From NCBI RefSeq assembly GCF_030013205.1, contig NZ_CP122648.1: DNA of 64,000 bases; one strand, written 5' to 3'. The notes below the pieces were generated by a model that had not been told where the DNA came from, made no database searches, and worked only from the letters and a program-made list of their open reading frames with translations. A program made the translations under genes and the position numbers. Origin of the DNA: Escherichia coli. GTDB lineage: Bacteria; Pseudomonadota; Gammaproteobacteria; Enterobacterales; Enterobacteriaceae. The stretch's first letter is position 1. Each line of letters begins with the position of its first letter. This document shows positions 46,415 to 54,721 of this stretch, one piece after another.

Positions 46415-46775
46415 AGGGATACCCGTTAGGGAGTCTAACGACTATCCCTTAATCTATTGGCATTCGCCAGAACCTTGCACAAGTTAGAGTGTTAGTCGTT
46501 AGACTGCTTGTCATAACACATAGTTTTTGTTTGTTGATGTTAGTTAGTAGATCTATGTTCGCTTTCCGCTCACAACGAATATGTAATCTACTATGTGCAA
46601 ATAGCCTACGGCTTGCGTAAGGCTAAATAGTCTTGCGCTGTGCGCAGAACGATAATTAACTAACTACCATCTAACGATCATCAATCATCTAAAATAAATT
46701 TCTTGTGCAATGTTCTTGCGAATGCAATTAGGGTAGCGTTACCCCTTTGGGGATGCTAACGCATAACTATAGATC
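46415..46775. repeat. pair of ~75-bp imperfect inverted repeats flanking a ~200-bp segment
   Basis: The left arm (46415-46492) ends in ..TTGGCATTCGCCAGAACCTTGCACAAG. The right arm (46700-46775) has a reverse complement ending in ..ATTGCATTCGCAAGAACATTGCACAAG. Each arm also contains an internal GTTAG/CTAAC-type hairpin. Confidence 0.7.
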
Positions 46776-47206
46776 AACCATCAAACAGACAAAAAAGAAA
46801 AATATGGTTTAAAGATGTTAGGTAGTAGATGAGTTTCTACCGCTTAAATCAAGCCGTAGGCGAGCTAAACGTATATAAGGTAGGGAAACACTTAGCGGTA
46901 ATAGATTAGCTCGTTATAGAGATTCTGAGGAGCTTTACAGGTATTTTATAAGGTGTCTGAAATTAGATTTTATCTACCATCACCTTTTCATATACCTAAC
47001 AAATACAAAATAAGCACCTTAAATAAGCCTCTGGCGAGCTAAACGGTCATTACATAAGGGAATGTATTGTTTTTATCAAAACCTCGTTAGAACGCGTTTT
47101 AGAGCGTTATTAGACAATAATGAAGAATAGCACTACACAGGAGAGCACGAATTGCTAAGACAAATTATAAATTGCTGAAATAGATCGGATTTTTTGCAAA
47201 ATGGTA

Positions 47207-47235
47207 TTGACAAATGTCTCTTTCTGTGCAATAAT
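47207..47235 (+). promoter_or_regulatory. sigma70 promoter P1 (TTGACA-17-AATAAT with TGc extended -10)
   Basis: TTGACA at 47207-12, a 17-nt spacer ending in TGC, and AATAAT at 47230-35. It reads toward the 47358 operon. Confidence 0.65.
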
Positions 47236-47287
47236 AGGTATTAGAGGGACAGAAAACATTCTTATCCTCTAAGTAATTAAACCAATG

Positions 47288-47331
47288 CACCGCACTTTGA
47301 GCCGTCAGGCTGCAAGGTGTCTTTTTCTTTT
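47288..47331 (+). terminator. leader terminator/attenuator between P1 and the first gene
   Basis: CACCGCA..GCCgtcaGGC..TGCAAGGTG composite stem followed by TCTTTTTCTTTT. It lies 26 nt before the ATG at 47358. Confidence 0.5.
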
Positions 47332-47357
47332 AACCAAATAGAATAGGAGGTTAATTA

Positions 47358-47540
47358 ATGAAATATTTCACTCCACAGGATGTAGTAGAAGCCTGGAAAC
47401 GTGGTGAGATCAATCGTTTTAAAGTAAGGATGAACAGGAACACAGCGCGACGCTGTGGTTATCCAGAGCGTGAAAAATGTTTTGACGATGCACTAAAAAT
47501 TATTGATGAACTGCGTAAGGCAGAAGTAGAGAAAGAATAA
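47358..47540 (+). CDS. hypothetical protein (60 aa)
   Basis: Strong RBS (AGGAGGttaattaATG). No motif. Confidence 0.6.
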   Translation: MKYFTPQDVVEAWKRGEINRFKVRMNRNTARRCGYPEREKCFDDALKIIDELRKAEVEKE

Positions 47541-47561
47541 TAACAGGAGAAGGAGAAAACT

Positions 47562-47729
47562 ATGAGCGAAACTAAGAAACCAATTCCGCGCACTTACCTA
47601 CACGTTGACCCTGAAATCTTCAAGGTTTTATTTGCTGAAGCCAAGAAAAGGCAAATTATGGTCAGTGATTTGATGTTAGAAATCATTACTGAAGCAGCAG
47701 AGAACATCAAACAAAAAAAGGGTAAGTGA
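47562..47729 (+). CDS. ribbon-helix-helix (CopG-like) protein, 55 aa
   Basis: Unlisted ORF MSETKKPIPRTYLHVDPEIFKVLFAEAKKRQIMVSDLMLEIITEAAENIKQKKGK with RBS GGAGAAGGAG. It shows a beta-strand then helix-helix pattern. Confidence 0.6.
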   Translation: MSETKKPIPRTYLHVDPEIFKVLFAEAKKRQIMVSDLMLEIITEAAENIKQKKGK

Positions 47730-47782
47730 TCCTCATTCACTTTAGTAGCGCATTAAGCGTGATTTATAAGGAGATAATTCTA

Positions 47783-48463
47783 ATGTCTAAAATTAAATTG
47801 ATTCGTGAAAAATACCAGTATGTTGATAAACAAACAGGAGAAATTAAAGACAGAACTTTGAATATACCACACTACTTTTGTGAGATTGAATTCATCTACT
47901 CCTCAAATATTGAGGATGGAAAAGCGAAGTTTAGTGCAGAAATGCAAAAATTATATTGCTATGTTTCAGATTGGGAGAAATCAGGGGGGATATGTTTTGA
48001 AACACAAACGAAGTTAAGTAAAGTTTGTGGCTGTAGCCGTAAGACAGTTAATGAATTGATTGGTCTTATGATTAAAATCGGTCTTTTAGAAGAGGTCGGA
48101 GAACGAATCCCAAAACGTCCTTTAAAATTACGTGCGCTACTTCTCACAGATGCACATATTACTCCCCCTGGAGAATCATCACTACCTGATCCTTCTGAGA
48201 AAGAAGACGAATCTAATGAAATATTGAATGTTTCCGAAATCATCCTTGAAGAAGAAACACAAGAGCCAGAGTTCCCTGAGCGGCCCGAAATTTTTACTTG
48301 GCTTCTTTCCCTTGATAAGAAGAAACCACCGCACGAAGAAACAGAAGATTTTGTAAAACGTGCATTAGATTCAAAGAATATCTATCTTGAGAAACAGGCT
48401 TTTCACGATCTGATAATATCTCTAAGAGAAAAAAGTGAAATATACGATTCAATACCATTCTAA
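47783..48463 (+). CDS. winged-HTH protein (226 aa), candidate replication initiator/regulator with acidic C-terminal half
   Basis: The internal ATG of ORF 47726..48463 follows AAGGAG. The HTH-like segment is TQTKLSKVCGCSRKTVNELIGLMIKIGLLEE. Confidence 0.5.
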   Translation: MSKIKLIREKYQYVDKQTGEIKDRTLNIPHYFCEIEFIYSSNIEDGKAKFSAEMQKLYCYVSDWEKSGGICFETQTKLSKVCGCSRKTVNELIGLMIKIGLLEEVGERIPKRPLKLRALLLTDAHITPPGESSLPDPSEKEDESNEILNVSEIILEEETQEPEFPERPEIFTWLLSLDKKKPPHEETEDFVKRALDSKNIYLEKQAFHDLIISLREKSEIYDSIPF

Positions 48464-48472
48464 GGAGAATAA

Positions 48473-48742
48473 ATGACTTATAACATCACTATAGGAAACA
48501 AAACTATTGAAATAACTGAAAGCGGATACAACATTTTAAAAGCTATTTTGGAAATAGAGTTCTCACCGCCGACAGTGGTTAGCTTTTGTAGTTTAGGCGG
48601 CTACAGCGCACAACACGTGAATCATTGGTTAAACCATTTTACATCGTTCGGTGTGCTGGATTATGAAGGGATTAACAGCACTACATTTCGTCTTTTGAAA
48701 TTAAACAAAGATTTTGAATTGTTTATCACAAACAATCAATAA
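48473..48742 (+). CDS. hypothetical protein (89 aa), possible wHTH
   Basis: RBS AAGGAG upstream. No firm motif. Confidence 0.5.
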   Translation: MTYNITIGNKTIEITESGYNILKAILEIEFSPPTVVSFCSLGGYSAQHVNHWLNHFTSFGVLDYEGINSTTFRLLKLNKDFELFITNNQ

Positions 48743-48838
48743 CAACAGATCGGGCAATACATATGGCAAATGCATTTATGGCGATATTCATTGTAACAAT
48801 GGTATCAAGTTTTTATAATCCACATAAAAAGAGGGAAA

Positions 48839-49222
48839 ATGGGAAGAAAGAAAAAGAACAACTTAAAACGTATTGAAAAAAACAGTAACTTCAATTCAAC
48901 AAGACAACGTCCACCGACACACACCAATAACGAAATTCCAGGGGAAGAGATAATATTTATTCTTGAAACAGAATCCCCTGAATTAAGCGATGAAGAATTA
49001 GAAATAATCCAGTCAATGCCAGGCGTTTACTTTCGCCCAAGAACAAGAAAACAAACTATCATTTCTGATGGCACTCTGAAACGTTGGCAGCTTTTAGGGT
49101 TTAGCTCCTATCATCATTTTTTGGGATTTAACGCTTTCAATAATTGTGTAGGTGGTGCATCGGAAGTCGATCTGATGGCTCATTTAGAAGATACATTAGC
49201 TTCTAACAAACGTTCTAACTAA
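48839..49222 (+). CDS. hypothetical basic/acidic protein (127 aa)
   Basis: RBS GAGGGAAA upstream. The N-terminus is Lys/Arg-rich. Confidence 0.5.
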   Translation: MGRKKKNNLKRIEKNSNFNSTRQRPPTHTNNEIPGEEIIFILETESPELSDEELEIIQSMPGVYFRPRTRKQTIISDGTLKRWQLLGFSSYHHFLGFNAFNNCVGGASEVDLMAHLEDTLASNKRSN

Positions 49223-49237
49223 TAAAATGATGGGAGT

Positions 49238-49510
49238 ATGTATAAGCGCCCAATGAAAATAATCGAAAAAGGAAAAATAATGATTAACTATCAACTATTA
49301 GAAACAACATTTTTTAAAGAAGCAAAACAACTTGCAGAAGTGTTTATTTCACTGGCTGAACGAGCAAAAGAAGAAAATGATTTTGCCTTGCTTGATGATG
49401 TGCTGGATGACATTGCAACCTATCGTATACCGCTACAGATTGCACTAAACAAGGCTAAACAGATTCAGCAAGAGATGGAATCAGCAGATCAAGGAGAGAT
49501 TGCACAATGA
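49238..49510 (+). CDS. hypothetical helical protein (start uncertain: 49238, 49253 or 49280)
   Basis: ORF in the track. Its stop overlaps the next start (ATGA). Confidence 0.45.
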   Translation: MYKRPMKIIEKGKIMINYQLLETTFFKEAKQLAEVFISLAERAKEENDFALLDDVLDDIATYRIPLQIALNKAKQIQQEMESADQGEIAQ

Positions 49511-49815
49511 CAGACAACATTCTGGAAGTTATGGACACTCTTTCGGATCGGATGATCGCCCTACAGACACGTATCAATCAAGCCTATTCAGATTTATGCG
49601 ATTACACGCTCTCTCAATGCGTTAGTAGCTTAATGAAGGTGAATGTAAGCCTTGACGATTTCATCTCTCTGGTGAGCGATTTAGAGCTATCTAAGGACGA
49701 TGTCAGGCTGTGTACTCAAACCATCACAGACACCGCCAGCACGTTAAAGGCTGCAAGTGAAGAGATTCAGCAATTAGTAGATGATTTAGCAAAAAGTGCT
49801 ATTTTCTCCAAATGA
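49507..49815 (+). CDS. hypothetical helical protein (102 aa)
   Basis: Translationally coupled to the previous ORF. Confidence 0.5.
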   Translation: MTDNILEVMDTLSDRMIALQTRINQAYSDLCDYTLSQCVSSLMKVNVSLDDFISLVSDLELSKDDVRLCTQTITDTASTLKAASEEIQQLVDDLAKSAIFSK

Positions 49816-49828
49816 TAATGAAAATCAT

Positions 49829-49857
49829 TTGCATTTATAACGATTTCATTATATAAT
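49829..49857 (+). promoter_or_regulatory. near-consensus sigma70 promoter P2 (TTGCAT-17-TATAAT)
   Basis: TTGCAT at 49829-34, a 17-nt spacer, and TATAAT at 49852-57. The initial transcribed sequence ATTAGGGGTAGATAAAAA resembles that of P1 (ATTAGAGGGACAGAAAA). Confidence 0.7.
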
Positions 49858-50087
49858 GATATTAGGGGTAGATAAAAAGGTTTTGACTGGTGTTAATCCT
49901 TCTACTGTCATAAATCCCTGCATATGGAAGGTGATAGCCTCAAGGGTTGAGTGGCATTAACCTCTAACAAATATTACCTTCCATCTCTCAAGAAGTTTTA
50001 GAATAATCATAACTCCCTCTTTGATTGTTGATTGTTTCTACGTTGTGTTGATGAATGTTGTTAGGCATTGTGCTTAATTTTGATAAA

Positions 50088-50130
50088 AGCGGGTAGGTGT
50101 TATCTCCTTGCCCTTCCCGCTCTTATTTTT
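50088..50130 (+). terminator. candidate intrinsic terminator ~265 nt downstream of P2
   Basis: AGCGGG (50088-93) pairs with CCCGCT (50116-21), with an inner AGG/CCT pairing. It is followed by CTTATTTTT. Confidence 0.45.
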
Positions 50131-50559
50131 CATCTATGCTTATCCTAAAGCTCCTTATTTTGTCCGAAAACATTAAAGAGCCTTACACTGATAGTTATAT
50201 TTTATAACTATTTACTAACATCATTAAACTCTTATTTAATGACAGAAGTTAGTAACAGAATAATCTATTAAGTTGTTGTCAAAAAACTATCATCTGCATA
50301 GCGTTAGCCGCAAGTAGAGAGAGTTTAGTTAAGAATGGTGCAATAAACTTTGGAAATATTGATAGCAAAACTAGTTTTATAGAATGCGGATCTATAATCT
50401 TTGGTTGTAAAAACGATTTTCTGAAACGGTAGATTACTGTTGGTGTAGTTAATCCTTATTAAAAATTTAATCTGTGAGTAGATTGGAATAGTGATTCCTT
50501 AAAATCTGACTGGTGCATCCACACCATGAAAGATAGCAGTTGGCCACCGCGCCCCGAAT

Positions 50560-50615
50560 AGATATTCCTGATTGATTCCGCATGTTTTCCTAAGAGCATG
50601 TTTTCAGGAATATCT
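50560..50615 (+). repeat. perfect 12-bp inverted repeat with 32-nt spacer
   Basis: AGATATTCCTGA (50560-71) and TCAGGAATATCT (50604-15). Confidence 0.8.
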
Positions 50616-50719
50616 GTTCACCCTTTAAACCTATCTTTAAGCATGTTTAATAAGCATTCTTAGAGATACGTTTAAAACCTCCTCAAGGTTTTACTTATCG
50701 CTGTGTATTGCCCGACACG

Positions 50720-50779
50720 TTAATAAATCCCCCTCGCTATTGTCAGATTGAACCTCTTATAGCCTGGGGGATTTATTAA
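50720..50779 (+). repeat. perfect 14-bp inverted repeat with 32-nt spacer
   Basis: TTAATAAATCCCCC (50720-33) and GGGGGATTTATTAA (50766-79). It lies 29 nt before the ATG at 50808. Confidence 0.8.
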
Positions 50780-50807
50780 ATTCCAGCATAATGGAATCGT
50801 TATATAA

Positions 50808-51017
50808 ATGAAACAAGAAATTATCCTGAAATATGGCAATGAAAAGTTAACACTAACTGAAGATGTGTTGAATGCTACAGCCTACGCGCTTGGCATCACT
50901 CCCACAGAATTAAAGAAACAGTGTGAACGTCTTTATAAGGCTGAAAGCAATAAACCATCTCACCAAGATTTGATTAATGCTAAAGCTCAACAAATCAAAC
51001 AATCTAAGGAAAAATAA
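50808..51017 (+). CDS. hypothetical protein (69 aa)
   Basis: First ORF after the long leader. Its stop overlaps the next start (TAATG). Confidence 0.55.
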   Translation: MKQEIILKYGNEKLTLTEDVLNATAYALGITPTELKKQCERLYKAESNKPSHQDLINAKAQQIKQSKEK

Positions 51018-51391
51018 TGGCTATTTTAAAATTAAGCGATGTTTTCCCACATCGTAAAAGCATCACTGACGTAGTGAGCTATGCAACCGACCCTTACGCG
51101 GCTGTAGAAAGCAAAAAATTTGCAGCACTTGCACAAGATGTAACGTGCGGCGACCTCATTGATTCATCCGGCGCTAAATATGTTAGCGGCGCTGATGTTC
51201 TTGTCGTTGTGTCTGACTTCGTAACTGCTGATTCAAATAAAACAGTTAACGTGCTTCGTGCTAATGCCGGACTCGTTTGCATCAAAGCTGATGCCCTGAA
51301 TGCCGAAGGCGCTGTAAAAGAAGCTGCTATTGCAGCTCTCGCTGCTAAAGGCTTCCAGCTTGAAGGCTTCCACTCTGTTTTCACATCTTAA
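51017..51391 (+). CDS. head-decoration-like protein (124 aa)
   Basis: Its size, Ala/Val-rich beta-type composition and position immediately upstream of the capsid-like gene resemble lambda gpD-type decoration proteins. Confidence 0.4.
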   Translation: MAILKLSDVFPHRKSITDVVSYATDPYAAVESKKFAALAQDVTCGDLIDSSGAKYVSGADVLVVVSDFVTADSNKTVNVLRANAGLVCIKADALNAEGAVKEAAIAALAAKGFQLEGFHSVFTS

Positions 51392-51407
51392 GAAGGAATA
51401 AATAATA

Positions 51408-52436
51408 ATGATTATCGGAAATGAAGTGGTTGATCTTGCTCCACTGTTCGAATTAAACGACTCACGCAATTACCTACTGTCTACTCTGGATTTTACTGAT
51501 CCTGTGCCTGTAGAAAGTCACAAAGTGGCTGTTTCCCAGCTTATCGAGAGCAATGAATCTCTGTTCAACCATCCTACAAGCCGTTTTAGCTCTGAGCATA
51601 ACGTTACTAAGCGTGAGAACGGGGAAGAATGGCTGATTGAAATCCCTTACTTCCTGCGTGAAGACCTGATCAAACCGCAGGACGTGCAAGGCAAACGCAA
51701 AGCCGGAAGCTCTATTGAAGAAACACTGCCGGATCTGTATGCGGAATATATCGCTACACACAATGTTGCATTCCAGCGCACTAAAGAAAGCATCCTCGCG
51801 GCTTCTCTGTTCTCTGGCAAGACACATACCCCGAAAACTGACGATGTTCTGATCGACTACAGCACTCTGTTCGGTGTGTCTCCAATGACTGCAACCGTTG
51901 ACGCATCCAGCACCAACACAATGACCGTATTCAAGCAATTTGATCAGATGCATACGGATATGATTGCTAAGGCACAAAGCCAGGCTGCAACCATTGAGCG
52001 TGTTGTTGTGTTCTGTAAACCTGCGGCATTCAACGCTATTCGTTACAGCGTTGGCATGGTTAATGCGTTCCAGTATGCAAGCCCTGTAGACGATGCAAAC
52101 GTGGTGTTTAATGTGCGTTCTCTGCTGCCTGGTGTAACTACTTTCACCATTCCAGGAACTAACATTGACCTGATCAAAGTGACTGATCCGCTGCTGCTGG
52201 CACATATGACCGCTGACGCTGTAGCTATTCCTAAACTTGCTAAGGGGGCAGGTGTTTACCAAGCTATTTTTGGTGCGCCTTCCAGTTCATTCGATCTGCT
52301 GTCTCAAGGCGCTAAAGAGTATTACAGCTATGCTTTCGAATCGAATCGCGGCGACGCAGTGCACGTAGTGACCGAGAATAGCTCGCTTGTGGTTAACCAC
52401 GGTGTTGGCTTCTCTGTGCAGATCACAGTAGCGTAA
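51408..52436 (+). CDS. major capsid protein-like (gpE-like size class, 342 aa)
   Basis: 342 aa, which is my recollection of the lambda gpE length class. It follows the decoration-like gene, has a strong RBS (AAGGAAtaaataataATG) and codon usage suggesting high expression. The family is not verifiable here. Confidence 0.45.
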   Translation: MIIGNEVVDLAPLFELNDSRNYLLSTLDFTDPVPVESHKVAVSQLIESNESLFNHPTSRFSSEHNVTKRENGEEWLIEIPYFLREDLIKPQDVQGKRKAGSSIEETLPDLYAEYIATHNVAFQRTKESILAASLFSGKTHTPKTDDVLIDYSTLFGVSPMTATVDASSTNTMTVFKQFDQMHTDMIAKAQSQAATIERVVVFCKPAAFNAIRYSVGMVNAFQYASPVDDANVVFNVRSLLPGVTTFTIPGTNIDLIKVTDPLLLAHMTADAVAIPKLAKGAGVYQAIFGAPSSSFDLLSQGAKEYYSYAFESNRGDAVHVVTENSSLVVNHGVGFSVQITVA

Positions 52437-52590
52437 AAAGTGTTAAAGACGTTCCCCTACGTCTGGAAATAATCGGGGCAATAAGGGTAAGGGATAATCA
52501 TATAAGCAAAATATGCGCTGTCTCTTGCACTTTTTGTTTTTCTACTGTCTACAAACCCAAATAAAAATATATATATGTGAGAGAAAACCA

Positions 52591-52788
52591 ATGAATACAG
52601 AAAATTCACAGGCATTAATTCTTAAATCTGTAAAAGAACTGGCAGCTATTAGCGATGACTCAATAATCAATGTCAGTGCCTTATGCAGAATGCTTTCAAT
52701 TGATGCAAATAATGTGCGGCAGCGTGTGTTTCAGACTGGATGCAGCACTTTTGAAGCAATTACATACTACTGTTCTAAAAAACAATAA
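52591..52788 (+). CDS. hypothetical small protein (65 aa)
   Basis: Internal ATG of ORF 52513..52788 with GAGAG upstream. The segment VSALCRMLSIDANNVRQRV is HTH-like. Confidence 0.45.
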   Translation: MNTENSQALILKSVKELAAISDDSIINVSALCRMLSIDANNVRQRVFQTGCSTFEAITYYCSKKQ

Positions 52789-52822
52789 TAAACAACAATC
52801 ATAATACAGGGAAACAATTAAC

Positions 52823-54646
52823 ATGTTAGAGCTAAACATCAGCCGCTTGTCAAACGTTGTCACCTTCGAAGTTAACCGACCATCATTAGAGAAAGCAAAA
52901 GCAGAAGTAGAAAAACTTCGTAAACAAATGGCGGCGGTGAAAGATATAGAATTGCGTGTTAAGACACATAAACAATCAACCGCTAGAGCAAAAAAAGACG
53001 TAGACGATATTGCTAAAAAGCAAGCACAGGCTGATAAAGCTAATGCTAAAGCACAATTAGCCGCTCAACGTGTAGTTGCAAGAGAACAAAAAGCCCTGGC
53101 AGCACGCAAAGAGAAGGCAGAATTAAAGCTTTTAGACGTTGGATCAAGCATTAGTGCAATGCACCGTCTTTCTGTAGCGGAACAATATAAAGCTATTGCA
53201 CAGGCTAGAGAAATTGCCCTCCAATATGAAAGAGGCGCTATTAGTCTGGCACGTATGAATAGCCAAATGAAACGCCTACAACAGCAACAACGTAAGATTA
53301 ATGGCAATCGTAACGCTCACGCTAAAGCCTATGCACCTGTTAAGGGTAGCGGGAGTATTGGCGGCGGTGCTGCGGCTGTTATGCTGGGTGGCTTAGGCGC
53401 TGGCGCTACGTATATGGCTATGAGCAAAGCCTCTGAATTTATGGCTAATAGCTTTGCGAATGCTGAAACAGAAGGGGAATTAATCCAACGTGCAAGGCTT
53501 GGTGGAGTTGATTACAACTTACTTAATAATCTTGAGCGTTGGGCTTACGATAACGGGATCGATAGCCTCCAGGGTGATCAGGGACGCAGAAAAATACTAG
53601 ATGCCATCGGTAAAGATGTGCGTGAACGTGCAACCAAATCTTATGACGAGGCTGAATATGTAGTCGATAAGAAAACAGGGAAAGGCGAATGGAAGGGCGG
53701 CGATAGCGGCATCAATACTTTAATGAATGAAGGATTCCTAACTAAAAAGGATCTAAAAGACTTTGCTGATAATCCGGCTGGTCTGGTTAGTAAAGCAGTT
53801 CAGGGAATGGTAGCTAAAGGCTATTCAGATGCACAAATCGGTAGTCGTCTGGAAGATCTGGCTGATGATTTGATGCTCACCTCTAAATACTGGACACGCT
53901 CCGCTAAAGAAGTGGAACAATCAGCACGAGAACAACGAGAATCAGGGCGCTGGGTAACGCAGGCACAACAGGAAAGCGTTATTAAATTCCGTGAACTGAA
54001 TAATGCACTTAGTGGGCTTTCTGACTCACAAGGGATCGCCTTTGTTGATGGCTTTATGAAATCTCTTGATCCGAAAGTGATTGAAGAGTTTAAAAAGAGC
54101 ATGGTTGCAATGCTGCCAATGTTTACCAAATTAGGCGAGGCTATCGGCGGATTGGTTAACGCTGTAATGAAAGCAATCAACTGGCTGATGAAAAACGACG
54201 AGAAGACGGCAGCTATTCAGAAGAATTTAGGTGATGCACCGCCACTATCTAACGAAGGAATGAAGCAGAATCTTTCTAATCTCACTCCTGATCAATATAA
54301 AGGCGCTGGCACCGGAACAACTAAGCCAGATAACAGCAATTCCCTGGTTAACACTATTAAAAGCTGGTTTATGCCAGAAGAAACGGTAGGTGGGGCGCAG
54401 GCTGTAAATCAATACAGTCTCGAAGGACAAAACATTGCAAATCTGAAACAGAGTGCAGCACAACAAGCTTTCAAGGCTCCTTCTTACACCTTTGCACCTG
54501 TTATTAACTTCAATCCAGAATTACAAGTAAATGCAGAAGTGCCGCTAACTATCGAATCAGACACCGGACGATTGAGCGAATTTATCGACTTCAAATCAAA
54601 GGCATCTTCCGCTGAGTTTAGCAAGCTATTTAGACTGGCCCCCTGA
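52823..54646 (+). pseudogene. tape-measure-like protein, 3' end displaced by IS2 (native ORF = 52823-54630 + 55967-56003)
   Basis: 607-aa ORF. It has a long coiled-coil N-terminus and a Gly-rich hydrophobic segment (GSIGGGAAAVMLGGLGAGATYMAM). The last 4 codons and the stop come from the IS2 end. Removing IS2 and one CTATT copy restores ..SKLLTLGVMSGGSTY*. Confidence 0.55.
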
Positions 54647-54721
54647 ATCTCCAGACAACCAATATCACTTAAATAAGTGATAGTCTTAATACTAGTTTTT
54701 AGACTAGTCATTGGAGAGCAG

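Noticed and set aside
45666-47357. The 1.7-kb ORF-free region considered as a retron/DGR-type or other reverse-transcriptase-linked ncRNA locus.
   Set aside because: No reverse transcriptase or related enzyme is encoded anywhere in the island. The repeats look like protein-binding sites and recombination or RNA-pairing elements.
51474-52262. 262-aa minus-strand ORF, together with similar long antisense ORFs at 9298-10023, 19876-20337, 35017-35511, 40798-41278 and 18784-19440.
   Set aside because: They lie entirely antisense to well-supported genes (capsid-like, ygfK, ygeX, primase, tape-measure-like, ygeY). Their compositions are Cys/His/Arg-rich or low-complexity, and they have no RBS. They are shadow ORFs.
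54677-54721. GTG-extended version of IS2 OrfA (136 aa).
   Set aside because: The extension covers the IS2 left-end promoter and inverted-repeat region. The known InsC start ([12 protein letters not shown]) at 54722 has the expected RBS.
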